Shown here one piece after another: positions 8,502 through 15,828 of a DNA stretch of 64,000 nucleotides. A program made the position numbers and the translations under genes. The DNA is from an uncultured Bifidobacteriaceae bacterium (lineage in GTDB: Bacteria > Actinomycetota > Acidimicrobiia > IMCC26256 > DASPTH01). The DNA is taken from the NCBI GenBank assembly GCA_964505725.1, contig CAZDJK010000052.1:66295-130294 (forward strand), in the 5' to 3' direction. Numbering within the stretch: position 1 is the stretch's first letter; the number at the start of each line of letters is the position of its first letter. The notes under the pieces were generated by a model. It was not told the origin of the DNA, made no database searches, and was given only the letters and a program-made list of their open reading frames with translations.

Positions 8502-9721
8502 TCGCGGCGGTGGATCGCGACGACGGGCCTGCGCTAGCGATCGTGGTGTCCGCCGAGCCCTGGGTCGAAGCACTGCACGCACACCTGGCCGCGCACGGCG
8601 GGGCCCGCGTGCGGCAGATCGTGCTCGATCCGCGGGTCGCCCTCGAGGAGGACTACGACGCGCTGATCGTCGACGCCCGCTGGCCGTCGCTCACGCGCGA
8701 CCTCGTCGACCGTCTGCACCGTCTCGGCCGCACCGTCGTCGGCGTGTTCGCGTGTGACGACGGTGGCGCCCAAGCGCGGCTCGCCACGCTCGGTGTCGAC
8801 CTTGCGGTCGACGCCGCCACCGCTCCCGCCGACGTCGTCGCGGTCCTCCAGGCGGTCGCGCCGTCGGAACGCCCGTCCCCACGGGCAGAGCCCGTCGCCG
8901 CCCAAGGATCCTTGCCCCGTGGCGTGCCGCGCCTCGTCGCGGTCGGCGGCGCCGCCGGCGCCGGGGTCACCGAGGTCGCGATCTCGTTCGCGGCCGCCGT
9001 CGCGCAACGGGGCGACCCGGCGGTGCTGCTGGACGCCGACCCCCGCGGCGGGTCGGTGGCGCCGCGGCTCGGGCTACGGCTCGAGCCCAACGTGTGCGGC
9101 GCGATCGACGCGGTCGCGCACGGAGACGGAGCCGGCGACATCCAGCCCGCGCTGGTCCGCACCCGCGGCTCACGGCTGCAGGTGCTGTGCGGCTTCCCGA
9201 GCGCTGCCGCCGCCGGTCCCGTCTCAGCGGAGGCGGTGCGGCGGCTCCTCGCGCGACTGTCGGCGGCGCCGGGCTACACCGTCGCCGACGCCGGTGCCGG
9301 AGAGCACGCCGCGGTCACGGACGCCGTGATCGGTTCGGCACCGGTGCTCGTGGCGGTGGGCATCGCCAGCCCGGTGGGCGTCGCCCGCCTCGTCTCGTGG
9401 CTCGCGGACCGTCGGGCGACCGCCGGGGACGCCGCGCTCCACGTCGTGGTGAACCGTGCGCCGTCCGACCGCTACCGCCGCCGCGAGATCGCCACCGAGC
9501 TCAGGCGCGCGGTGGCGCCCGCGAGCCTCGTCTTCGCCCCCCACGACCGACGGGTCGAGGCCGCGTCGTGGAACGGCCAGATCTGCGGCGCCGGTGCGTT
9601 CGTGAACGCGCTGGCACCGCTCGTCGAGCTCGTCCACCCGCGGGTCGGGCGCCGCCGATCGGATCGGCTCCCGGTCCTGCGCCGGCGGCCTCGCCCACTC
9701 GCGTCGGCGGTGGGCGGATGA
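8498..9721 (+). CDS. tadZ: TadZ/CpaE-like ParA/MinD-family protein with a degenerate Walker A
   Basis: 407 aa. N-terminal receiver-like domain followed by a MinD-like domain. The P-loop position reads VAVGGAAGAGVTEVA, with no lysine. GTGA overlap with cpaB. Confidence 0.7.
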   Translation: MIAAVDRDDGPALAIVVSAEPWVEALHAHLAAHGGARVRQIVLDPRVALEEDYDALIVDARWPSLTRDLVDRLHRLGRTVVGVFACDDGGAQARLATLGVDLAVDAATAPADVVAVLQAVAPSERPSPRAEPVAAQGSLPRGVPRLVAVGGAAGAGVTEVAISFAAAVAQRGDPAVLLDADPRGGSVAPRLGLRLEPNVCGAIDAVAHGDGAGDIQPALVRTRGSRLQVLCGFPSAAAAGPVSAEAVRRLLARLSAAPGYTVADAGAGEHAAVTDAVIGSAPVLVAVGIASPVGVARLVSWLADRRATAGDAALHVVVNRAPSDRYRRREIATELRRAVAPASLVFAPHDRRVEAASWNGQICGAGAFVNALAPLVELVHPRVGRRRSDRLPVLRRRPRPLASAVGG

Positions 9722-10965
9722 GCACCGACGCCTACCGCGCCGTCCGCGACGACGTCCACGGGCGGATCGCCCGTCGCCGGCTCCGGCCCGACCGCGACGT
9801 CGCGGAAATCCGGGACGAGGCCCGTGCCGCGGTCGACGAGTTCGAGCGGCGTGCGCGGCTGGGAGAGCACTCGCCGCTCGCCGACCCCTCCGAGATGGTC
9901 GAGCGGGTCGTGGCGTCGATCACCGGCTTCGGTGCGCTCGGTGAGCTCGTCGTCCGCCGCGACGTCGAGGAGATCTTCATCGAGGGCGCACGCGTGTCGT
10001 ACCTCGACGCGACCGGCCGGTTGCTCGGTCTCGCGCGACCGACGAGTGAGGAGGAGAACCGCCACGTGGTCGAGCGCCTGCTCGCGTCCACCGACCGCCA
10101 GCTCAACGCCAAGCACCCGATGGTGCAGGCCCGCGTGCTCGACGGGACCGCCCGGCTCACCGCGGCCATCCCGCCGGTCGGCGACCGTCTGTCGGCGACG
10201 CTCCGCCGCTACGTGGTGCGCAACGTCACCCTCGACGATCTCGTCGGCCGCGACTCGCTGACTGGTGAAGCCGCGGACTTCCTCCGGTCCCTGATGCGCG
10301 TGCGGAGCCGGATCGCGGTGTCGGGTGAACCGAGCGCGGGCAAGACGACGCTCGCGGCGGCGCTGCTCGCGGCCGCGCCCGCCAGCCACTGCGTGCGGGC
10401 GTGCGAGGAGGTCCGTGAGCTCTCCGTCCCGATCACGCACGGCTCGTACTACGAGGCGCGTCCACCCGCGGTCGACGGGAGCGGCGAGATCGATCTCCGG
10501 CAATTGGTGAAGTTCGTGCTCGGCATGCGGCCCGATCGCATCGTCGTGGGTGAGGTGCGCGGCGCCGAGGCGTTCGAGCTCAGCCGTGCGGTCAACGCCG
10601 GCTGTGGGTTCTTGTGCACCGTCCACGCGAACAGCGCGGCCGAGGCGCTCGACGCCTTGGTCAACGCCGCGCTGATGGCGGGCGAGAACGTCACCGAGCG
10701 GATCGTGCGGAAGATCTTCTCGGAGTCACTCGACGTCGTCGTCCACCTCGACCGCGACGACGCGCGGCGGGACGGCACCGACTCGATCCGGCGCAAGGTG
10801 ATGGCGGTCACCGCCGTCGTACCCGCGCTCCACGACGACTTCAGCACCGAGCCGGTGTTCGCTCGCGAGCACCTGGACGCGCCGCTCGTGCGCACCGGCC
10901 CGGTGCCTGCCGCGCTCGCCGCGCGCGTCGCGCGCGGCGAGCCGGTGGCGGCGGTCGCCCGATGA
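9718..10965 (+). CDS. tadA: Tad secretion ATPase TadA/CpaF
   Basis: Walker A GEPSAGKTT, Walker B/Asp box RPDRIVVGEVRG, His box GFLCTVHAN. I prefer the ATGA-coupled start at 9718 over the track's upstream start at 9094, because the 5' extension is Arg/Pro-rich off-frame sequence overlapping tadZ. Confidence 0.9.
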   Translation: MSTDAYRAVRDDVHGRIARRRLRPDRDVAEIRDEARAAVDEFERRARLGEHSPLADPSEMVERVVASITGFGALGELVVRRDVEEIFIEGARVSYLDATGRLLGLARPTSEEENRHVVERLLASTDRQLNAKHPMVQARVLDGTARLTAAIPPVGDRLSATLRRYVVRNVTLDDLVGRDSLTGEAADFLRSLMRVRSRIAVSGEPSAGKTTLAAALLAAAPASHCVRACEEVRELSVPITHGSYYEARPPAVDGSGEIDLRQLVKFVLGMRPDRIVVGEVRGAEAFELSRAVNAGCGFLCTVHANSAAEALDALVNAALMAGENVTERIVRKIFSESLDVVVHLDRDDARRDGTDSIRRKVMAVTAVVPALHDDFSTEPVFAREHLDAPLVRTGPVPAALAARVARGEPVAAVAR

Positions 10966-11855
10966 GCCTCCTGGCGGCGGTCTCCATCGGCGCCTTCTGC
11001 TACCTCGCCGTCGGCGCCGCGACGGGCCGGCTGCCCCGGATGCGACGCTGGCGCCAGTCGCGCCCCGACGCCGCCCGGGCTCGCCTCTGGTTGCACCAGG
11101 CCGGTGTCGGCATTTCGCCTCTGCAGTTCGGGCTCCTCTCGTGCGCGCTGGGAGCCGGAGCCTGTCTGGTGACGCTGGCGCTGACCCGTACGCCGCTCGT
11201 CGCGATCGTGCCCGCGGGCGCGGTCGCCGTGCTCCCACGCGCCTATTACGCGCGTCGACGGGCCGTGAGGCTGCGCTCGGTGCTCGAGGCCTGGCCCGAC
11301 GGCCTCCGCGACCTCGCGGGGTCCATCGCGGCGGGATGCTCGCTCACGCAGGCGGTGACCGCGCTCGCGACCACCGGTCCCGCGCCACTGCGCGACGCGT
11401 TCGCGCGGTTCCCGGCCCACGCGCCGATGCTCGGGACGGTCGCCGCGCTCGAGGTCGTGCAGGACGAGCTCGCGGATCCTGCGAGCGACCGTGTCCTCGA
11501 GGTGCTCGTGCTCGCACACGAGCGTGGGGGCGCGGTGGTGAAGGAGATCCTCGAGGACCTCGTCGTGACGACGACGAAGGACGTCAAGGTGCTCGACGAG
11601 ATCGAGGTCGACGACCTCGAGATGAAGATCAACGCGCGCGCGGTCCTCGCGCTGCCCTGGTTCGTCCTCGTGGCGCTGGTGGCGCGTGCGGGCGCCTTCC
11701 GTGACTTCTACCGCTCCACGCCCGGCTTCGCGGTCGTCCTGGGCGGGGCGGCGCTCTGCGGCCTCGGGTACGTGTGGATCAGCCGGCTCGGACGCACGGC
11801 CGGGGAACCCCGCGTGCTCGGCGGGTCGAGCGCCAGCGCGGTCGTCGCCGGATGA
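10962..11855 (+). CDS. tadB: Tad inner-membrane platform protein TadB (T2SSF-like)
   Basis: Starts MSLLAAVSIGAFCYLAV... with an ATGA overlap to tadA. Shows the T2SSF-type helical core and terminal TM segments. Confidence 0.8.
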   Translation: MSLLAAVSIGAFCYLAVGAATGRLPRMRRWRQSRPDAARARLWLHQAGVGISPLQFGLLSCALGAGACLVTLALTRTPLVAIVPAGAVAVLPRAYYARRRAVRLRSVLEAWPDGLRDLAGSIAAGCSLTQAVTALATTGPAPLRDAFARFPAHAPMLGTVAALEVVQDELADPASDRVLEVLVLAHERGGAVVKEILEDLVVTTTKDVKVLDEIEVDDLEMKINARAVLALPWFVLVALVARAGAFRDFYRSTPGFAVVLGGAALCGLGYVWISRLGRTAGEPRVLGGSSASAVVAG

Positions 11856-12784
11856 CCGCGCTGGTCGCCGCCGCGTTCGCGGCGCTCGCGTGCGCGGGCA
11901 CGGCCGCCCTGGCGGTCCCGCCGACGCGCAGGCTCGCACCCCGCGTGCGGCCGTACACGGTGCTCGCGCGGGTCAGGCTTGGGCACCCCGTCGACGTGCG
12001 CGCGGCGCCGGCTCCCGACCCGTGGGGGCGCAGCCCGATGGGTCTCCTGCTCGGTCCGGTGCTCGCGGCGGCGACGGCGCGCGTGAGCCGGGTGCTCGAG
12101 CGCCGCGACGACGACGCGCTGCGAGCGGCGCTCGCGCACGCGGGGCTCGACGACGTCACGCCCGCCGACTACCGGGCGCGGGTCGTGGCCCAGACGGTGG
12201 TGCTCGCGGGTGCGGGCGTCGTCGTCGGGGCGGCGTTCCTGCACTCGGCGCCGCTCACGCTCGCGCTCGGGGCGTGCGGCACGATCGCGGGCGCCTCGCG
12301 GGCTCGGGCGCGGGTCGACCGCGCGATCGCCGAGCGCCGAGAGCGGATGCGGCTCGAGCTGTACACCGTGAACCATCTGCTCGCGCTACACGCGCGCACG
12401 GGCGCGGGACCCGTGCAGGCGACCCGGCGCATCGTCGACCGCGGGCACGGCGCGCTGGTGGACGAGCTGTCCGGCGTGCTGCGAATGGTGCGCGGCGGCA
12501 CCTCGGCACCCGAGTCGTTCCGTCGTGTCGCCGCTGCGACCGCCGAGCCCGCCGCCGCCCGCACCTACAACCTCCTGGCGGCCGGCGCCGAGCGCGGGGT
12601 CGACCTCGCCGGCGGTCTGCGCGCGCTCAGCGAGGACCTGCGCGACGCCCGACGCGACGACATGCGCAAGCGCGCGACCAAACGGCGCGCCGCGATGCTC
12701 GTCCCGACGATCGCCGTGCTCGCGCCCGTGATGCTCCTGTTCATCGCCGCCCCGCTGCCTTCCATCGTGTTCGGGAGCCGGTAG
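11852..12784 (+). CDS. tadC: Tad inner-membrane platform protein TadC (T2SSF-like)
   Basis: Starts MTALVAAAFAALACAG... with an ATGA overlap to tadB. C-terminal TM AAMLVPTIAVLAPVMLLFIAAPL. Confidence 0.8.
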   Translation: MTALVAAAFAALACAGTAALAVPPTRRLAPRVRPYTVLARVRLGHPVDVRAAPAPDPWGRSPMGLLLGPVLAAATARVSRVLERRDDDALRAALAHAGLDDVTPADYRARVVAQTVVLAGAGVVVGAAFLHSAPLTLALGACGTIAGASRARARVDRAIAERRERMRLELYTVNHLLALHARTGAGPVQATRRIVDRGHGALVDELSGVLRMVRGGTSAPESFRRVAAATAEPAAARTYNLLAAGAERGVDLAGGLRALSEDLRDARRDDMRKRATKRRAAMLVPTIAVLAPVMLLFIAAPLPSIVFGSR

Positions 12785-12803
12785 TGGCGGCCGCTTCCCC
12801 CGC

Positions 12804-12830
12804 CCCGATCCCGATTGCGATCCCGATTCC
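12804..12830. repeat. CCCGAT(T/C) triple / 12-bp tandem duplication upstream of flp
   Basis: The sequence is cccgatCCCGATTgcgatCCCGATTcc. Units GATCCCGATTGC (12807-12818) and GATCCCGATTCC (12819-12830) match at 11 of 12 positions. It sits in the only real intergenic gap of the tad operon, directly before the flp RBS GGAGG (12832-12836). Confidence 0.6.
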
Positions 12831-12843
12831 GGAGGCCATCCCC

Positions 12844-13050
12844 ATGCATCGATTCGTCCGCGTCCTCGCCCTCGTCCAGCGCGTCGCGAGCCTGGCCTCA
12901 CGGCGCGTCGGGGGAGAGGAGGGGATGACCACCGCCGAGCTGCTCGGCAACGCCGCGCTCGGCATCGCCGCGCTGGTTGCGATCTGGGCGGTGCTCCAGA
13001 CCCTCGGGCTCGACATCGTCGAGTGGATCCGCGGCCAGCTCCGCGTGTGA
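12844..13050 (+). CDS. flp: Flp-family (actinobacterial DUF4244-type) prepilin
   Basis: 68 aa: MHRFVRVLALVQRVASLASRRVGGEEG/MTTAELLGNAALGIAALVAIWAVLQTLGLDIVEWIRGQLRV. It has a G/xxxxE processing-type motif followed by a hydrophobic helix and sits after tadC. An alternative internal start at 12925 is preceded by GGAGAGGAGGGG. Confidence 0.65.
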   Translation: MHRFVRVLALVQRVASLASRRVGGEEGMTTAELLGNAALGIAALVAIWAVLQTLGLDIVEWIRGQLRV

Positions 13051-13427
13051 GCGTCGATGACCAGGTCGGCATGGCCACGGTGCAGCTCGTGACCGCGACG
13101 GCACTGTCACTCGTCGTCTTCGTGATGCTCACGAACCTCGTCGTCGATCTCTACGTGCGCGGCGTCGTGCGGTCCGCGGTCGACGAAGGGGCCCGGGCGG
13201 GTGCACCCGTCGACCTCGGCGCGACCGACTGCGTGGACCGGGCGCGCGACGTCCTTGCCCACCTCGTGCCGGGGCCGGTCGGGCGCTCCGTGCGCGTCGA
13301 GTGCCGGGAGGAGCAGGGCACGATGCGCGCGTCCGCCGACGCGGTGCTCCGCGGCTGGTTACCCGGTCTCGTGCCCGACTGGTCCTTCCGCGTCGTGGGG
13401 TCGGCCACCAAGGAGCGCAGTCCGTGA
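13047..13427 (+). CDS. TadE-like minor pilin / pseudopilin
   Basis: GTGA overlap with flp (an ATG at 13071 is also possible). N-terminal hydrophobic segment MATVQLVTATALSLVVFVMLTNLVVDLYVRGVVRSAVDEGARAG, typical of actinobacterial TadE-family proteins. Confidence 0.65.
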   Translation: MSVDDQVGMATVQLVTATALSLVVFVMLTNLVVDLYVRGVVRSAVDEGARAGAPVDLGATDCVDRARDVLAHLVPGPVGRSVRVECREEQGTMRASADAVLRGWLPGLVPDWSFRVVGSATKERSP

Positions 13428-13858
13428 GCGCGTCCGTCCGCCGTCGCGCCACCGCGGCACATGGGTTCGTCGCCACCGAGCTCGCGCTCGGGATCGGGCT
13501 CCTGCTCCTCCCGGTCGCGCTGCTGGTGCTCACGCTGCCGACGTGGTCCGAGCGCCAGACCGACGCCCGCGAGATGGCGCGCGAAGCCGCCCGTACCGTC
13601 GTCACCGGCGGTTCGTGCGACCCCGCGGCAGCCCGCGCAGTGGTTGTCACGATGGCGACCAATCTCGGGGTCGCGGCGCCGGATGTCGGAGTCTCGCTCG
13701 ACTGCGCACCCGGTCCGCTCCCGCCCCGCGGTGAGCTGACGGTCTCGGTCACCGTGCGCATCCCCGCGGTCAACGTGCCGGGAGTGGGCGCGGTCGGTGC
13801 CTGGAGCTGGACCGCTCGTCACCGCGAGTCGATCGACGCCTACCGGAGCGAGCTGTGA
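13424..13858 (+). CDS. TadE/TadF-like pseudopilin
   Basis: GTGA-coupled start. Contains GFVATELALGIGLLLLPVALLVLTLPTW, a TadE N-terminal motif. Confidence 0.6.
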   Translation: MSASVRRRATAAHGFVATELALGIGLLLLPVALLVLTLPTWSERQTDAREMAREAARTVVTGGSCDPAAARAVVVTMATNLGVAAPDVGVSLDCAPGPLPPRGELTVSVTVRIPAVNVPGVGAVGAWSWTARHRESIDAYRSEL

Positions 13859-14280
13859 GTGCGGCACGGGCCGCTGACGAGCGCGGCACGGTCACGTTCT
13901 GGCTGCTCGGTCTGTGTCTCATGCTGCTCGTGCTCGGGGGCATCGGCCTCGACCTCTCGCGGTCGTTCTCGCAGCGGCGCGCCCTCGCCGCGGATGCCGA
14001 CGCCGCCGCGCTCGCGGGCGCGTCAGCGATCGACGAGGACGCGTATCGCGCGACGGGCCGCGTGGAGCTCGTACCGGCCGCGGCGGAGGCGCTGGCACGG
14101 GGGAGCATCGCCCGGCAGCCCGACCGCGGCGAGATCCGCGACGTCGAGGTGCGCGCGACCGCCGCTGCGGTGACCGTCGTGGTGTTTGGGCACGTCGACC
14201 TTTCGCTCCTCCGGCTCCTGCACACCGCGGATCTCGACGTGCGGTTCGTCGCCACCGCAGCTCCCCGGCGGTCGCCGTGA
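13855..14280 (+). CDS. TadG-related protein (Tad_N domain only)
   Basis: GTGA-coupled start. ERGTVTFWLLGLCLMLLVLGGIGLDLSRSFSQRRALAADADAAALAGA matches the Tad_N (TadE/G-like N-terminal) pattern. Confidence 0.65.
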   Translation: MSAARAADERGTVTFWLLGLCLMLLVLGGIGLDLSRSFSQRRALAADADAAALAGASAIDEDAYRATGRVELVPAAAEALARGSIARQPDRGEIRDVEVRATAAAVTVVVFGHVDLSLLRLLHTADLDVRFVATAAPRRSP

Positions 14281-15221
14281 GCGTGAGGTGGCGGCGCGTC
14301 GCCGCGGTCGCCGTCGCGGCCGGGTCGGTCTTCGGGTTGCCGCTTCCCGCTGTGGCCGACCCGGCCGGCGGCGGCACGCTCGGTCCCGACTTCGTGCGTG
14401 CCGACGCGCGCGATCTCGGTGCCGGCAGTTTCCCCGGGACCGGCCTGCCGGCGAGCCGACCGTCGTCCGAGTCGGCGTACGAGTGGCAGCGCCAGGTCGA
14501 CTCGCGCTTGTGCGTCGTGTTCGACGGGCCCGTTCCGCCCGACCTGCTGCCGTACGTCAGCGACTTCGCGCCCGCGGCGTCGGGTTGGGTGGTGGTGCTC
14601 CCTCCCGCGGGTGTCCCACCCGGGACGCGTCTGCTGCCCGACACCGCGCCTATACCGCCCGGCGCCCGTGCCGTCGGACAGGCGGTGTTCGACCTCGCCC
14701 GCCGCCGGCTGTCGGACGCCCCGCTGTACCTGGTCCCGTCGTGCGCGGCGCCCGGCGCAGCCGGCCCTGCCGACGCACCGTCGCCCGCCGAGATCTGGGA
14801 GCAGGCGCCGTTGCCGCGCCGAGCCGTGGTCGCGAGCCCGCCCGGTTCGACGTCGTTCCCGGGCATCACCCGGCTGACGACCAGCCTCTCGAGCCCGGCA
14901 CGGGAGCCGACCACCGCGGCGGTCTCGCTGCGCGGCTTCGACGTCGACGTCCGCGCCGAGCCGGTCGCCTATGCATGGGACTACGGCGACGGGCACACCG
15001 AGGTCGTCGACGATCCGGCACGCGCGGCGGTGACCTACACGCGGCGCGGCGACTACCGCGTGACGTTGTACGTCATGTGGGCGGCGCGCGCCCATCTCGT
15101 CTACTCCCCGTGGGGTCTCGACCTCGGGACGGTCGACCTCGGCACCGTGACCATTCCCGAGACCCGCGCGTACCACGTCGCGGAGATCCGTTCCGTGCTC
15201 CGCTCCAACCCGACCCGCTAG
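14277..15221 (+). CDS. Secreted protein with a C-terminal PKD-like motif; last gene of the tad operon
   Basis: GTGA-coupled start. Signal peptide VAAVAVAAGSVFGLPLPAVA/DP. C-terminal YAWDYGDGHTEVV...VTYTRRGDYRVTLYV resembles the WDFGDG...Y...G.Y.V.L PKD signature. Confidence 0.55.
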   Translation: MSVRWRRVAAVAVAAGSVFGLPLPAVADPAGGGTLGPDFVRADARDLGAGSFPGTGLPASRPSSESAYEWQRQVDSRLCVVFDGPVPPDLLPYVSDFAPAASGWVVVLPPAGVPPGTRLLPDTAPIPPGARAVGQAVFDLARRRLSDAPLYLVPSCAAPGAAGPADAPSPAEIWEQAPLPRRAVVASPPGSTSFPGITRLTTSLSSPAREPTTAAVSLRGFDVDVRAEPVAYAWDYGDGHTEVVDDPARAAVTYTRRGDYRVTLYVMWAARAHLVYSPWGLDLGTVDLGTVTIPETRAYHVAEIRSVLRSNPTR

Positions 15222-15275
15222 CGTCGGTCTCGTCCGCGCGACGGGGGTGTGCGGGCGTGAGCGGAGGTCGGTGGC

Positions 15276-15731
15276 GTGTTCAAGACGATCATCGTGGGAA
15301 CCGACGGATCGGACACCGCGTTCGAGGCGGTCAAGGTGGCGGGCGAGGTCGCATCGACCCAGGGCGACGACGCGGTGCTCCACGTCGTGAGCGTCGTGAG
15401 GCCGATGGCGCACCCCGCCGTTGCCGCGGGCGAAGCGACCTTCGCGGCGCCCGGCGCCGCCAACGTCAACTGGGAGCAGGAGGTGCGGGTCGACCTCGAG
15501 CGCAAGCTCGCCGGGATCGCGGAGCGGGTCGGCGGGAAGTCCGTCAACGTCGAGACCCACGTGCGCTTCGGGAGCCCGGCCGAGGTGCTGTGCGACATGG
15601 CGCACCACCTGAACGCCGACCTGATCGTGGTGGGCGATCGGGGGATGCACGGCGGGCGCCGGCTGCTCGGGAGCGTCCCGAACACGGTGTCGCACCACGC
15701 GCCGTGCAGCGTGCTGATCGTGTCCACCTGA
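15276..15731 (+). CDS. Universal stress protein (UspA family)
   Basis: 151 aa: IIVGTDGSDTA ... DLIVVGDRGMHGGRRLLGSVPNTVSHHAPCSVLIV. Confidence 0.9.
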   Translation: MFKTIIVGTDGSDTAFEAVKVAGEVASTQGDDAVLHVVSVVRPMAHPAVAAGEATFAAPGAANVNWEQEVRVDLERKLAGIAERVGGKSVNVETHVRFGSPAEVLCDMAHHLNADLIVVGDRGMHGGRRLLGSVPNTVSHHAPCSVLIVST

Positions 15732-15732
15732 G

Positions 15733-15770
15733 CGTCCGGCCGCCGGACGGGCCCCGGCACTGTGCCGGGC
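15733..15770 (+). terminator. Two adjacent GC hairpins after usp
   Basis: CGTCCGG-ccg-CCGGACG (15733-15749) followed by GGCCCCGGCA-ct-gTGCCGGGCC (15750-15770). There is no U-tract, so the function is uncertain. Confidence 0.35.
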
Positions 15771-15828
15771 CGCGCCGATCCTCCCCCGTACACTTAGGCG
15801 CGCCTCATTCCCTGCCGAAACGGATTCC

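Noticed and set aside
9094-9717. Upstream extensions of the tadA, tadB, tadC and later tad ORFs as given in the track
   Set aside because: The extensions lie inside the preceding gene in another frame and translate to Arg/Pro-rich sequence. ATGA/GTGA-coupled internal starts give N-termini that match the protein families.
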